The position numbers were made by a program, and so were the translations under genes. Of a stretch of DNA of 64,000 nucleotides, positions 14,922-33,064 are shown piece after piece. The stretch is from the human T2T-CHM13v2.0 reference genome, Homo sapiens. The notes beneath the pieces are model-generated. The model did no database searches, was not told the origin of the DNA, and worked only from the letters and a program-made list of their open reading frames with translations. Each line of letters opens with the position of its first letter. Positions within the stretch are counted from its first letter, which is position 1. Location of the stretch: NCBI RefSeq assembly GCF_009914755.1, contig NC_060932.1; one strand, 5' to 3'.

Positions 14922-15402
14922 TGTTACCCTCATAACAGGTGGGTTCTGTCTCTTGATGGGTATCAACACAGTGACCACAACCGAGGAGGATTTAGCAAGG
15001 GAATCTTACTACTTGTAACAAATAAGGGAAACACCAGGAGCAATTCCCAAAGCAGTATCTCTCCAAGCTGGGGGGCAGTCAGATTTTATAAATGTAGGGT
15101 AATAAGGTGTGATCTGATTGGATTCTGCAATGAGGTGTTGTCAGAAGGCATAATCTGACTGGATTTTGCCATGGGATGATGGCAGAGCTCAATCTGTTTG
15201 GATCCTGGATCCTGCCATTGTTGTGTCTGCTTTTAATTCAGTCCCTACTCCTTGGTCAGAGCACTTAGGTTCCCCCTGTGGTTGCACTCTTGGTTCTTCC
15301 GCACATGGTCAGGTTATGTGACCTGAGGGTCCATGGCAACTGAAAAACAAGAGGAACTTTGTTACATAAAAAATTGAACCAGATTTGCCTGGCATGGCTA
15401 CA
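14922..15402 (-). mobile_element. Solo LTR, probably ERVL class (LTR47/LTR53-like)
   Basis: TG...CA termini; CAAAT at 14918-14922 and 15403-15407 as a likely 5-bp TSD; reverse strand TGTAGCC...AATCTGGTTCAATTTTTTATGTAACAAAGTT; repeated CTGATTGGAT (CCAAT) boxes. Confidence 0.6.
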
Positions 15403-16710
15403 CAAATGGATGTCTCTGTTCAGCCTTATTTATCCACAGTTTTTCCTCCTGCTGATCCCTTTTTCTTGCCTGTCCTCCCTGCCTGCTCACTTGCTTTCTG
15501 GCCTCTCTTGCCTCTCTTCTTAGCCAGAGCTGTATAGGGATTTAGTTCAGTGTTTCCTCCTTCATTGTCATTGGACAATATTCACTCATCAGCTCCAGGT
15601 CACCTCCCTGTCCTCACCTGTGACCAGTCTTCCTTCCAGGTTCATTGCCATTTTCAAAGTGAGTCTGCACTCTCTCACCACCCGTTTGCTTATCACCCAC
15701 TCTCTATGTGATTACTTGTGATTTGACATCTGCCCATGCTACTACAATGAAATGGCTTTCTCAGAGACTATCATATGTCTCTATTGACAAAACCGGATTA
15801 GTGCTGCTTATTTTCTGCAGTATTTACTGTTGTTGGACACCGCTTCCTTCAACTTTCTCCTCTCTTGGTTCCAGGGCACTATACTAACTTTGGTGGCCAT
15901 ATACTCAGTGCCTCCTTATACATGAGTGGAAGTAAGGGGTTCAGAATGAAATGATTCAGTCAGTCTCATAAAGAGATAGGACATCTGTGGAGATTAAAGT
16001 TCTCAGAGTTAGTAGTCTCATTGCTTTATTCCACATGATGTTGACAAAGAAGTAGAAAGGGAAAGCCAAATCCTTCAATCTATATTGCTAATTAAAAAAT
16101 GATTTTCTTTTCTTCTTTTTAGTAAATGTTTGATGGTGTCTTGGGAGTAGCCTTAGTAGCAAAAGGAAATATTTATGCATGTCTTTGGGAAAATGTCTTT
16201 CCATTTTCTGTGGTTATTGTATCTGTAAAAATTGGACACCATTTCTTAAAAGGATTATGTGAAAATTTTATGATGCCTGGTTGGTGAAAGGCAGAGTGTC
16301 CTGAAATATCTAAAATGTAGAATCATATTCTTTCTATTGTTTTGATATAATTAGAAGTGTCGATTTTAAAATTACACTGAAAGGCATTTTATTTTTAACA
16401 TTGTTTTATTAGGTGAGTGCAAAAGTAATTGCAGTTTTTGCATTGTTGAAATTTGCCATTTGATATGGGAATACATTCTTATTTTTAATTAATTAATTTA
16501 TTATTATTATACTTTAAGTTTTAGGGTACATGTGCACAATGTTCAGGTTAGTTACATATGTATACATGTGCCATGCTGGTGCGCTGCACCCACTAACTCG
16601 TCATCTAGCATTAGGTATATCTCCCAATGCCATCCCTCCCCCCTCCCCCCACCCCACAACAGTCCCCAGAGTGTGATGTTCCCCTTCCTGTGTCCATGTG
16701 TTCTCATTGT

Positions 16711-20553
<3,843 letters not shown>

Positions 20554-20601
20554 TTATTTTGCTCCTTAGTTGATGCAGTTTCTTCCTAGTATCGATGGTC
20601 T

Positions 20602-21618
20602 TTACATTTTGGCATGATTTTGCAGCGGCTGGTACCGGTTGTTCCTTTTCATGTTTAGCGCTTCCTTCAGGAGCTCTTTTAGGGCAGGCCTGGTGGTGAC
20701 AAAATCTCTCAGCATTTGCTTGTCTGTAAAGTGTTTTATTTCTCCTTCACTTATGAAGCTTAGTTTGGCTGGATATGAAATTCTGGGTTGAAAATTCTTT
20801 TCTTTAAGAATGTTGAATATTGGCCCCCACTCTCTTCTGGCTTGTAGAGTTTCTGCCGAGAGATCCGCTGTTAGTCTGATGGGCTTCCCTTTGAGGGTAA
20901 CCCGACCTTTCTCTCTGGCTGCCCTTAACATTTTTTCCTTCATTTCAACTTTGGTGAATCTGACAATTATGTGTCTTGGAGTTGCTCTTCTGGAGGAGTA
21001 TCTTTGTGGCGTTCTCTGTATTTCCTGAATCTGAATGTTGGCCTGCCTTGCTAGATTGGGGAAGTTCTCCTGGATAATATCCTGCAGAGTATTTTCCAAC
21101 TTGGTTCCATTCTCCCCGTCACTTTCAGGTACACCAATCAGACATAGATTTGGTCTTTTCACATAGTCCCATATTTCTTGGAGGCTTTGCTCATTTCTTT
21201 TTATTCTTTTTTCTCTAAACTTCCCTTCTTGCTTCATTTCATTCATTTCATCTTCCATCGCTGATACCCTTTCTTCCAGTTGATTGCATTGGCTCTTGAG
21301 GCTTCTGCATTCTTCACGTAGTTCTCGAGCCTTGGTTTTTAGCTCCATCAGCTCCTTTAAGCACTTCTCTGTATTGGTTATTCTAGTTATACATTCTTCT
21401 AAATGTTTTTCAATGTTTTCAACTTCTTTGCCTTTGATTTGAATGTCCTCCCGTAGCTCGGAGTAATTTGATTGTCTGAAGCCTTCTTCTCTCAGCTCGT
21501 CAAAGTCATTCTCCATCCAGCTTTGTTCCGTTGCTGGTGAGGAACTGCGTTCCTTTGGAGGAGGAGAGTCGCTCTGCTTTTTAGAGTTTCCAGTTTTTCT
21601 GCTCTGTTTTTTCCCCAT
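20602..21618 (-). CDS. ORF1: L1 ORF1p, 338 aa RNA-binding chaperone (open frame)
   Basis: MGKKQSRKTGNSK...NHAKM, full length; REKG, ARR and YPAKLS motifs intact; R159C. Confidence 0.95.
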   Translation of the reverse strand: MGKKQSRKTGNSKKQSDSPPPKERSSSPATEQSWMENDFDELREEGFRQSNYSELREDIQIKGKEVENIEKHLEECITRITNTEKCLKELMELKTKARELREECRSLKSQCNQLEERVSAMEDEMNEMKQEGKFREKRIKRNEQSLQEIWDYVKRPNLCLIGVPESDGENGTKLENTLQDIIQENFPNLARQANIQIQEIQRTPQRYSSRRATPRHIIVRFTKVEMKEKMLRAAREKGRVTLKGKPIRLTADLSAETLQARREWGPIFNILKEKNFQPRISYPAKLSFISEGEIKHFTDKQMLRDFVTTRPALKELLKEALNMKRNNRYQPLQNHAKM

Positions 21619-22516
21619 CTTTGTGGTTTTATCTACTTTTGGTCTTTGATGATGGTGATGTACAGATGGGTTTTTGGTGTGGATGTCCTTTCTGTTTGTT
21701 AGTTTTCCTTCTAACAGACAGAACCCTCAGCTGCACTTCTGTTGGAGTACCCGGCCGTGTGAGGTGTCAGTCTGCCCCTGCTGGGGAATGCCTCCCAGTT
21801 AGGCTGCTCGGGGGTCAGGGGTCAGGGACCCACTTGAGGAGGCAGTCTGCCCATTCTCAGATCTCCAGCTGCGTGCTGGGAGAACCACTGCTCTCTTCAA
21901 AGCTGTCAGACAGGGACATTTAAGTCTGCAGAGGTAACTGCTGTCTTTTTGTTTGTCTGTGCCCTGCCCCCAGAGGTGGAGCCTACAGAGGCAGGCAGGC
22001 CTCCTTGAGCTGTGGTGGGCTCCACCCAGTTCCAGCTTCCCCCCTGCTTTGTTTACCTAAGCAAGCCTGGGCAATGGCGGGCGCCCCTCCCCCAGCCTGC
22101 TGCCGCCTTGCAGTTTGATCTCAGACTGCTGTGCTAGCAATCAGCAAGACTCCGTGGGTGTAGGACCCTCTGAGCCAGGTGCGGGATATAATCTCCTGAT
22201 GCGCTGTTTTTTAAGCCGGTTGGAAAAGCGCAGTATTCAGGTGGGAGTGACCCGATTTTCCAGGTGCCGTCTGTCACCCCTTTCTTTGACTAGGAAAGGG
22301 AACTCCCTGACCCCTTGGGCTTCCCGAGTGAGGCAATGCCTCGCCCTGCTTTGGCTCGCGCAGGGTATGCGCACCCACTGACCTGCGCCCACTGTCTGGC
22401 ACTCCCTAGTGAGATGAACCCGGTACCTCAGATGGAAATGCAGAAATCACCCGTCTTCTGCGTCGCTCACACTGGGAGCTGTAGACCAGAGCTGTTCCTA
22501 TTCGGCCATCTTGGCT
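21619..22516. promoter_or_regulatory. L1 5'UTR with internal sense promoter (-) and antisense promoter (+)
   Basis: CpG-rich; YY1 site GGCCATCTTGG at about 22504-22514; ORF0 remnant and donors CAG|GTGCGG (22179) and CAG|GTGCCG (22264) on +. Confidence 0.8.
22074..22381 (+). pseudogene. ORF0: L1 ORF0, frameshifted
   Basis: ATG at 22074 (MAGAPPPA), then a 1-bp deletion gives TGA at 22116-22118; the rest (ISDCCASNQQDSVGVGPSEPG...) is ORF 22115-22381. Confidence 0.8.
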
Positions 22517-22635
22517 TCAAGAGCGGGAATACATTCTTACATGTGGTTATGTTATACATCATTTTAATAGGTATTTCTCACTTGTTTTTGCTAATGACTT
22601 ACTACTTGCTGTTTATTTTATGTTTATTTTAGACT

Positions 22636-23966
<1,331 letters not shown>

Positions 23967-26900
23967 TAAAGATGTGTTTGACCCTAGTTATAAAATGATT
24001 TAAAATTCATGATCTAAAACCGCAATTACTTTTGCATCAACCTTAATATTTGAAAATTAGTAAAATTGCAAAAAGAAAGCCCTTATTAGCTGTTAATAAA
24101 TATAAAATATATAAAATGTGTGTGTGTTAAACTAAGTGCCTTGAGTATATGAAGCTATGAAAATGAAGACAACAGCCTTACTAACATTCCATCTCATTAT
24201 TGTTATAACTCCTGGTTCCATCATAATCTTGTTTTTCCATCCCAACAGAATCTGAGGTGCAGTCATTTTTGTGAAGCTGTTATTTTCATCACAATGTGAT
24301 CTATACCTAATGATTACATTACCTGTACATTTGAAGCTCGTTCGTAAACCATCGTCCCCTGAGAGTATACCTAACATAGGAAATACTATATATATTTGGC
24401 CGCTGAAGTGCTATAATGATGCCCTAAATTACATATCCCTTTCTACAGACATAATTTGCTTTATTAAAAATAACTTCTGCATAACTATTGAAGAATAAAA
24501 CAGCCACTTATGCACAAGGTGAGGGATATCTGCATATCTGAGCTAGACAAAAAGTATGTTTGATAATCTATTGTATGTTTTGCTACAAAAGCAAAGTGGT
24601 TCCTTATGATTGGCTGAAACTCTTTGAGTTCTTGTTCTATCTTTCAGCAAATGAAGATGCTAATTGTCTTTATTCTAGCCTTTTATAACATTACCTTGGC
24701 TCTTCAAAGTCAAATGGAACCTGGAAAATCGAACTTAATTCCATTTTACATTTTTCCCTTGACCATTTCCCATGGTGGGGAGGTATGTGTCTAGATTTGG
24801 AAAATAAGCCTGCTTAGTTTTTTTTCCCAGCTCAGTGCTTAGAAACAACCCCCTCTAGCAAAACCATGCCTAGGAAAACAAAGTATCCAGCTAGGCTTTC
24901 AAGGTTACTTGGGGGCAAGACATGGATAGTTACGTCCTTGGAGGAAAATAAATACAAGGCAGTAGATCCAAATGTATTTGTCATGCAAAGAACATTAGCT
25001 GAGAGAGAGCTTCCATATATAGGTTTGCAAAACTGAGAGCAAAGCCAAAGCCATTCCTGGGTTTTGCTTTGTGATATAGTCTCCAAATGGATACTATTAT
25101 GATTAATCTATTCTGAGTTCCTTAAATGCTATTGTAACAATGTCAGGGGCCAAGTTCAAGTCTAAAGTACGTGTATGATGATCATAGCTGCTATAATACT
25201 CATAATGCTGAAGACATAGTAACAACAATTTATAATAGGAGAGCAGTTTTGTGCAGCAAAATAGTTCCGTGGAGCAGAATTAGATCATGAAAATGTTGCA
25301 TGGTGGGCATTTAGTCGTGAAAGTATAAATCTGTACCTAATGATTGATGTGAATCAGGTTTCAAACCTATTAGATGTGCCATTTAACCAGGCAACATATG
25401 CCCATTATTTTTTTGCATGAAAAGTAATTACCGTATGTTTAATAGTTACTGAATTGTGACTGGCAGGTGTGCCCCACCATAATAATAATGATGACAATAA
25501 TAATATCTTCAACTTCAACTCACTCTCCACAAGTCAGGGCAAAGAGAGAATAAACAATGATTATTTGGCGTGTTTGAATAATATAAAAGCCAGTCTAGGT
25601 AATTTAAGGCAAAGATCACTTTCAAAAGCCAGATTTATATATTTTTCCCTCCTCCATTCAAATAATTGTCTCAGAGTCCCATTTCAACTTATTTTAATAG
25701 TTACTTCCTGCATATCTGTGATGGGTTCTCAAAAACTTTCAAAACCACTTTCACATATTCCGTTACTTAGCCCTTAACAACAGTGTCGAATAGGGTAGGA
25801 GAGAAACATTGTTCCCTGTTTTTCATTTAGAAAGCCGAGATTCAGAGAGGTTAAATGACTGTTTCTACTCCACAAAAAGAAAGAAATCAGTTGAATTTTC
25901 TCTGATAAACCTGCCAACGTTAGTGATACGAAAGTGACCACACCGATAGAGTGGTGTCACTGTCAATATTATTCTGTTGGCAAACATATTGTATCTGGAA
26001 GTCAAGGGCAAGAAAAGAAAGTTAGAAATTGCTGAGATAAGGGCTGTGCTACCGAAAAAACACTGAAAGGGTGCCCCAGCTAGGGTCTCAAACCTATACC
26101 TCTCCCCTTCAGCCTGGTACTTCAATACTGAGTAGATTATGGTGCCCATTTTGAGGGAAGGCTAGTGTTATCTCATTCAGATTAAGTTTTGTGTTGGTGT
26201 GACACAGATGGGTTTATATAATTAATGTCATGTCCTAGAGGGCTGTGAACATTCCTACACTTGAGGCAGTGTTCAAAATCTATTACTGTTTTTTTTTAAT
26301 TAAAAAAGAATTTGTTTTCTTTTTCCCCTAGATGGAACTTAAACTCATTGTATATGATTGAAGAGGAACAAGGAGAAGGAGAAGGAGAGAAACAACATAC
26401 AATAAAGTTGTCCACCAATTGTCCCAGGAAAATTTGTTTCTCACATAGGGGTCATCACAACTGCTGCATTGCAGTCAGCTGGAAGTATAATCTTCCATGA
26501 ATCTGAAGATGTGATGAAAGATAGTAGGCACAGGCAAAGCCTAGCTTTAAGAAAAACATAAAATGAGGACTTTGAGACCCTAGGGCCTCTTTCCTTCTTC
26601 TTCCCCTTGATAGGCAAAGGCTTTTTTCCAAATCATCTTTGTAAGAAGTCCCAGACCCACAATGAACTATTGAAATACCATGATCCAGTAATGTCATCTT
26701 CTTCTGCTATTAATATGGTAATCATTTTAGGTGATAGATTTCACCTTCAACAGTTCTTGAAGAACATTCAGACAGTTCACCCTGAAATGGGTGAAAAAAA
26801 ATCAGGTACCTCCTATTTCATAAGGATGTGAGCCAGGATGAAGCAGTATGTTATCAGGTTTGGCATTTCGCAAGCTGAGTAGAGTCCATGTGATCACCAG

Positions 26901-29034
26901 GTATAATGTTATGCTGGAGTTGGGTTTCATCTCTTGCTTGGGTTTGGAATGTAAACAATCTTGAAATTGTATTTGGAGAGAAGGAAACCCTGGGAAATGT
27001 TTATTTTTAAAAAACATGGATTTTTTACAAAAGCAAATACATGTTCTAATTTACATCAGGGAGCAGATACCTCTTTACTTTTTTGAGATTTTTCTGAGAC
27101 ATTAACCTTAAGTTATCACTTGTGTGTATCAGGAGAAAAGTTGGGAGAGTGGGAGAGATGGGTAAGGAAACATTTTTAAATGTACTTAAATCTCCCATGA
27201 TTTATTTCAAGCTGTAAAGCATTTCTAAAACTCGAGTTTGTTAATTATCCCAAGGAAAAAGAAGAGAGGAAAATAGTCAATCTGATAGACTGGTGACATT
27301 CCATGTAGCCTGATACTAAGTTGTGACAAAATATCTAACATTCGGCCATTGTTTTTGATATTTGTACTTTTTCTTGTAAACTATTTGCTCTGGGACAAAA
27401 AGTCATTGGTTTTGAACTTGATTTGGGCAACTAAATGATATACTTAACCACCTGCTTTAGCCCGACCATGACTTTTTAATGACTTCCATTTTATTTGGTT
27501 TTGGAAATTGATTTGCCCTTTAAAAATAATATCAGCATTTAAAGTAATTTTGCTTGTTTTTTGTTTGTGTAGTAGCTAAATATGCTAAGAGAATGACTTC
27601 AAATATGCAGCCTTTATGAAGATGTGAAAATTGCTGTGCTCTAGCTACAAATGGCAATTCCGATAACAAGAGCTTGAATGTGGCCTTGAGGCAAGGGAAA
27701 AACAGAAAAAGTCCACTGAAAGTCAACTTTGTCCCCTTAATTTGCAGGCACTGTGGGGAGCAGGGAATACTCCATGGGCACAGGCATCCTCCCGAGCCAT
27801 ATTGGTTGTAGTGTTGTCTATTATATCTGCACAGTTCCTCCTTTGATTCTTTCTATGAATCATGTGTTAGCAACCCAAGTAGCTGCCATTAGCTCCAGCC
27901 ATATGGGTGAAGGTAGGGGTAGAGGTTGCAGAGCTTAAACATAGGTATCCAGAAATCATTGGCTCTTCCCATTTCCTGACTGATTCTCCAACTATCAATC
28001 TGCTTGTAAGCACATTCACACCACTCAGTGCCCCTGGTACATAAAACAAGAGCAGTGACTGAAATAAGCTCTCAAACTAGCAAACTGAACAAGCTATACA
28101 AGACTTCTTGGATATTGAAAATACTAAACATTCTCATAGCTATAGAATTAATTATTTGGAAGATATTGGCAAGTACCTTTTCATGTCTACAGTGTCCATC
28201 TATTAAATGGGAACTACTACTCTGAAAGTAGCAGTAAGTTTTATTAGGGGAAGGGGGAGAATCATCACAATCATCTAAAACTGTTTTGTTTAATGTTACC
28301 TGCCAAGATATGTGTCTAAGAGGCTGCTGTGGCTCCCACCAGCCCTGACCTCTGCACATCACTGAACCTGTATCCTACTGTTAATGATACATATGTCATA
28401 TTTACAAATGCCTCATGTGTCTCAGGGTGGTAAAAATGTTTCTATTCAAGAATGGCAACTAAAAACACCCATAGGTCCATCATATTGGATTAACCACTTA
28501 TATCCAGCTACCTGAAACTACTGGCACTACTCAGAAAATAAATTTTCTTTTACCATCTTGCCCACTTACCGTTCTTAGAAAGTCCTGCCTTTCCTTTCCC
28601 TTCTTTATCCAATTAACCCAACTTTTAGCTCTTACATCAAATCTTCTGGAAAGCCTTCTAGACATTTCTCTCCCTTCCTCTCTGCCATTATTTCTTTTTC
28701 AGGATAGGCTAGATATTATACTGGGCCCTCTCATAGCTTCATGGGCATACCCATGTCAAAGTAGCCAGCAATCGCTATTCTAAGAAACTTGTCTGAATTT
28801 GTAATTGGATTGTAAATATCTTGAGTGCAAGATCTTCAACTTGTATAGTTGTATTTCCAATTTTCAACATATGTTGAGTGAATGTATTCTAAATATAATA
28901 TTAAGCATGGCCTATACCTGGTAATATAAACATGGAAATAGAATGATTATTTAATTTGTCATGTCTGTGAAGGACCCTTGATGGTATCTAGTCTTAACCC
29001 TCAACTTACAGTTGAGGAAGCTGAGGACCATAGT

Positions 29035-29800
29035 GTATTCATTCATTTTTTGTTTATTAATTCATGAATTCATTCATGCAACACATTGCGTTGAGCATCC
29101 ATGTGTGCTTGGCACTGAGCTAGCCACTGACCAGGTAATGCTAAGTAGAGCAGAACAAAAGACATGGTCCTTCCCTCATAGAGCTTACCTCTTAGTGCAG
29201 TAGAGACACAGTAATCCAATCATCACACAAGACATTTATACTCACCAACTGTGCTAACTGGGGACTATGGCAGCCAACTGATGTGAAGATTTGGCTTAAT
29301 GGCAGGAGTCAGGAAGCCTTTCCTCCAAGGTGTGGTGTTTGAACTGAAATCTGAAGAACCAGCAGAAGAGCACAAGGAGGGAAAGGAGTTTGCCAGGCCC
29401 AGGCCAGTGGGTTTGAAGCCTTGAGGCAGGGGGGAGTGAGGTGCATTCAAGAAACTGAAAGGCGGAAAGTGCAGGAACAGAAGAATGAGGGACTCAAGAA
29501 GAAAGAGGCAGTACAAAATAAGAATGAAAGATGGTCAGGGGCCAGTTCTGTAGGACCTGTAGCCATTTAAAAATGTTTAGTTATTAACTTAGAACAGTGA
29601 GAGCACTGAAATGTGTGAGGGTCAGAAGAACTGGGAGGTGGCCTGATAACACATGCATTTTGAAGAATCTCTGCTGCAGTGTAGAGAGCAGATTGGTGGA
29701 CAATTGATGGACTGAGCAGATAGGTGAGAGGTAGCCCTACTGGGAAGAATATGCTGAAGTGTGTGCAAGAGATTTTGGCAGCCTGGAGAGTAGAGAGCAC
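29035..29800 (-). mobile_element. L2 LINE relic
   Basis: ATTCATTCAT tail, TTGAGCATCCATGTGTGCTTGGCACTGAGCTAG, purine-rich L2 body. Confidence 0.7.
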
Positions 29801-30320
29801 CACTGACCTCTCTGTTTTTTCTAACTTTCTCAAAAATGCTACGTTCACCTACATCTTATCAAAGAAGGCCTTTATTTACCTATACTTCTAGCATGCTTTG
29901 CTTTAGATTTTCCCATTTCTCAGGTAAGGGCACAGAGGCTAACGAACGCTCCTTTCCTGGGGCCAAAGCGTTTTCAGTTTGGGCATCTCAGTAACTTTTG
30001 GCACCACTGCTGGCCTTAAGGAGCCTGTTATGTAGTCTATGGTGGATCTGATACCAGGCAGACAGATGACATTTTTATAAATAGTGTGAGGAAACCCCAG
30101 AAGTAATGTGAATGGATGAGAGTTCAAGACCACTGCTGACCTGGAAAGCCAATGACTGAGGCACCAGAGGAAGTAGGCTCTCAGAGGGAAGACAGAACAC
30201 CCCCTTTCCAGCTCATTGAGAGTGAAGCAGGTGCTTTTCTGAAGCAGGTGATATTCTGAAGATCCACCTCCTCAGAACAAGTGTTCTGAAGTTCCTCTGA
30301 AATGCAGAGAATCTACCATA

Positions 30321-30694
30321 TGATATGGTTTTGCTGTGTTCCCACCCAAGTCTCATCTTGAATTGTACTTCCCATAATCTCCATGTGTCATGGGAGAGAC
30401 CTTGTAGGAGGTAATTTCATCATGGGGGGCAGTTACCTCCATGCTGTTCTTGTGATAGTGAGTGAGTTATCATGACATCTGATGGTTTTTTATAACAGGC
30501 TTTTCCTCCTTTGCTCGGCACTTCTTCCTGCCGCCATGTGAAGAAAGATGTGTTTGCTCCCCCTTCTGCCACAATTGTAAGTTTCCTGAGGCCTCTCTAG
30601 CCCTGTGGAACTGTGAGTCAATTAAACCTCTTTCCATTATAAATTACCCAGTCTCAGGTATTTCTTCATAGTAGCATGAGAGCAGACTAATACA
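30321..30694 (+). mobile_element. THE1 (THE1C/D-like) MaLR solo LTR
   Basis: TGATATGGTTTTGCTGTG...AGACTAATACA, 374 bp, ATTAAA signal after TGAGTCA; TSD CCATA/CCATC. Confidence 0.9.
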
Positions 30695-31023
30695 CCATCT
30701 GTAAGAAACTTGGAAAAATGATTTGTTTAGAGTTCCATCTGAGCAGTCATATTATTAGTAAGATATATATGTCGGGAAAAGAAATTTACTTCTTATGACT
30801 TTTTACATTTTGAGATCTTATTGTTTGATGCTCCACGTTGAGGGAGCCATATTTCTCCACCTGGTCACCAGGCTCATTAGGAGGGACAGATGTGGCCTCA
30901 CATTTCATGTGCGGTTCTTGTCTCAGCCCTTCTTTTTCTCAAAGATTCCTGCCTTTTGTCTACTTTTCTCAAAGTGCCATCTTCCTTCTCTCAGGCTCTT
31001 TTGGGATTACCCAACCACCATTG

Positions 31024-31075
31024 TAGGCAACTCTAGTTCTATAGGCAACTCTAGTTCTATAGGTAACTCTAGTTC
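31024..31075. repeat. 18-bp tandem repeat, about 3 copies
   Basis: TAGGCAACTCTAGTTCTA x2 plus TAGGTAACTCTAGTTC. Confidence 0.9.
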
Positions 31076-33006
31076 AGTATCATGACTTTCATGGTTTCTA
31101 TAAAAATTGCCATCCCACAGCCTTCTTCACATCTGTGACAGGCAGTTGAGAGGGGACTGAGGAAAAGTATTGCCCATACATGGAATTTGTGGAGACTCAA
31201 TCAATGTTACTTGGATTGAGTAATAAAGGAAGTTATTTGTCTAAGTTTGGGCAGCAAGAGAATGGCAGGGACAGAACCAAAAGCAGTTTTTAAACGATAA
31301 TCTTTTTTTATTTTTTTACTATTAAATACAGCTTGGGGGCAAAGAAGAGGGATACAATTTGTTGACTTTCATTGCTACATTTTTGGACAAGGAAAGAGAA
31401 ACAGAGACTCAGGACTGTTTAGAAGTCCAAATGCTATTTATTTCCCCATACTACAATGGCTGTTGAAAATTCTCCTATAATATGCTACAAATACAAGTGT
31501 ATTAGAGAGTTTATTGTGTATATTTTTGAACATAGTGTAATTTCTTGTATGATGTTAATACAGTTCTTGTTCTTATTCTCTGTAAGAGCTTGTGTTGCTG
31601 TTATCTCTAGATAGGAGCAAACTTCATAAAATGTAGAATTCTCTCTGCATGCATAGGGAAGTAGCTTTTAAAATATTAGCCTATTCCATTGTTTAGTTAT
31701 AAAGTAAAATGATTTTTTAAAGTGCAGGATAAGTGAATTTTTATGTTTCATTTTTAGTTATTGAATTGTCTAGGTAATGCATTTTAGGAGGGCACTGTTC
31801 CTCCCAGAACTTAGGAAAGCAGTCATTCAATCACTCAGTAATTTTTAGGGATTTTAAAATAGATATAACAATTTTAGGATGTCAAGTTTTAGATGTCTAG
31901 TTTTAACTTGTTTGGTTGAGCTGACATTTAAGTTCAGTCCCAATGTGATGTGAATGGACCTAGCCTTTTACCTCTTCTTTTTTTCCTCTTCATTGGAAAC
32001 CAGTACAGAGAACACGGTCACTTAATAAGAAAGATGTTTCCTGCTTTGTTTCCTTTTATTCAACTCAGAACTGCCTGGGGGAAAAGATTGCTTCCTTTCT
32101 GAATGTGGTAAGCCACAAAATGGAAAATGTGCACACGAGCTCTTTCCTATTAACCTTGGGGAAAGGTGACAGAAATGTGTGAACAATGCTGTTAGCTGTT
32201 TAAATGTTCTTTTATTATTATTAATTTGGTTTAAGGGTTTTGCCTAACAAGTAACTCCCTTGATTTGTATGTTTCAGAGTTGTTTAATTTTTCTCCAAAA
32301 TAACAATTCGTCCTTTTGAAATTCTTTGTTAGATTTATGTCATTCCAGTTTCAATCTTGGTGATGATTCTTCTATCTGTCATGAGTGGTTTAATCTGCAT
32401 GTTTATAATTATAGCATATAAAGCCACATAATTCAAGGTGGGTCTTGGTATATAATTCCTTTGTACTTTTTGGGAAAATAAAGGCTGTAATGGCAGTAAT
32501 AAAGATACCTGAGTTGGGAATGTTTAGGTATCACCAAATATTAGCTGTTCAGAAAAATATCCATGATAAATTAGAAACTGAAATCAGCACAGTTTTCTGG
32601 TTTCGGTTCTTTTGGGGAAACACTGTTATTTTTTAATTCCTGGCTTAAGAATTGTATTTGATTATGCGAAGACAAATCCAGAATTTTAAATTCTAATCCA
32701 AGACCTTAGATAAATTAGGGAATTAGGGAATCTGTGTATGTATTTTACAACCATATCACCATATATTGACATACCTATGTCACTGAAGGTATATTGTAAA
32801 AGATAATTTGGCCAACTGTATTGGACCAACTGCTCTTGAACTCTCTAAGTACAATTGGTTTAAGATATTGCCTGAAATGACTATTTTGCTTATGGTGTCA
32901 TTCTTTCATGGTCAAGATGACAGTTCTCTAGGAATGTTATTTCATTTCTAGAATGTCAGCCAAACAGCTTTTTATGATCCTGAGCAGTTATACTCTACCA
33001 TCCCAA

Positions 33007-33025
33007 ACACACACACACACATACA

Positions 33026-33062
<37 letters not shown>
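33007..33062. repeat. (CA)n microsatellite, interrupted
   Basis: Direct reading. Confidence 0.95.
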
Positions 33063-33064
<2 letters not shown>

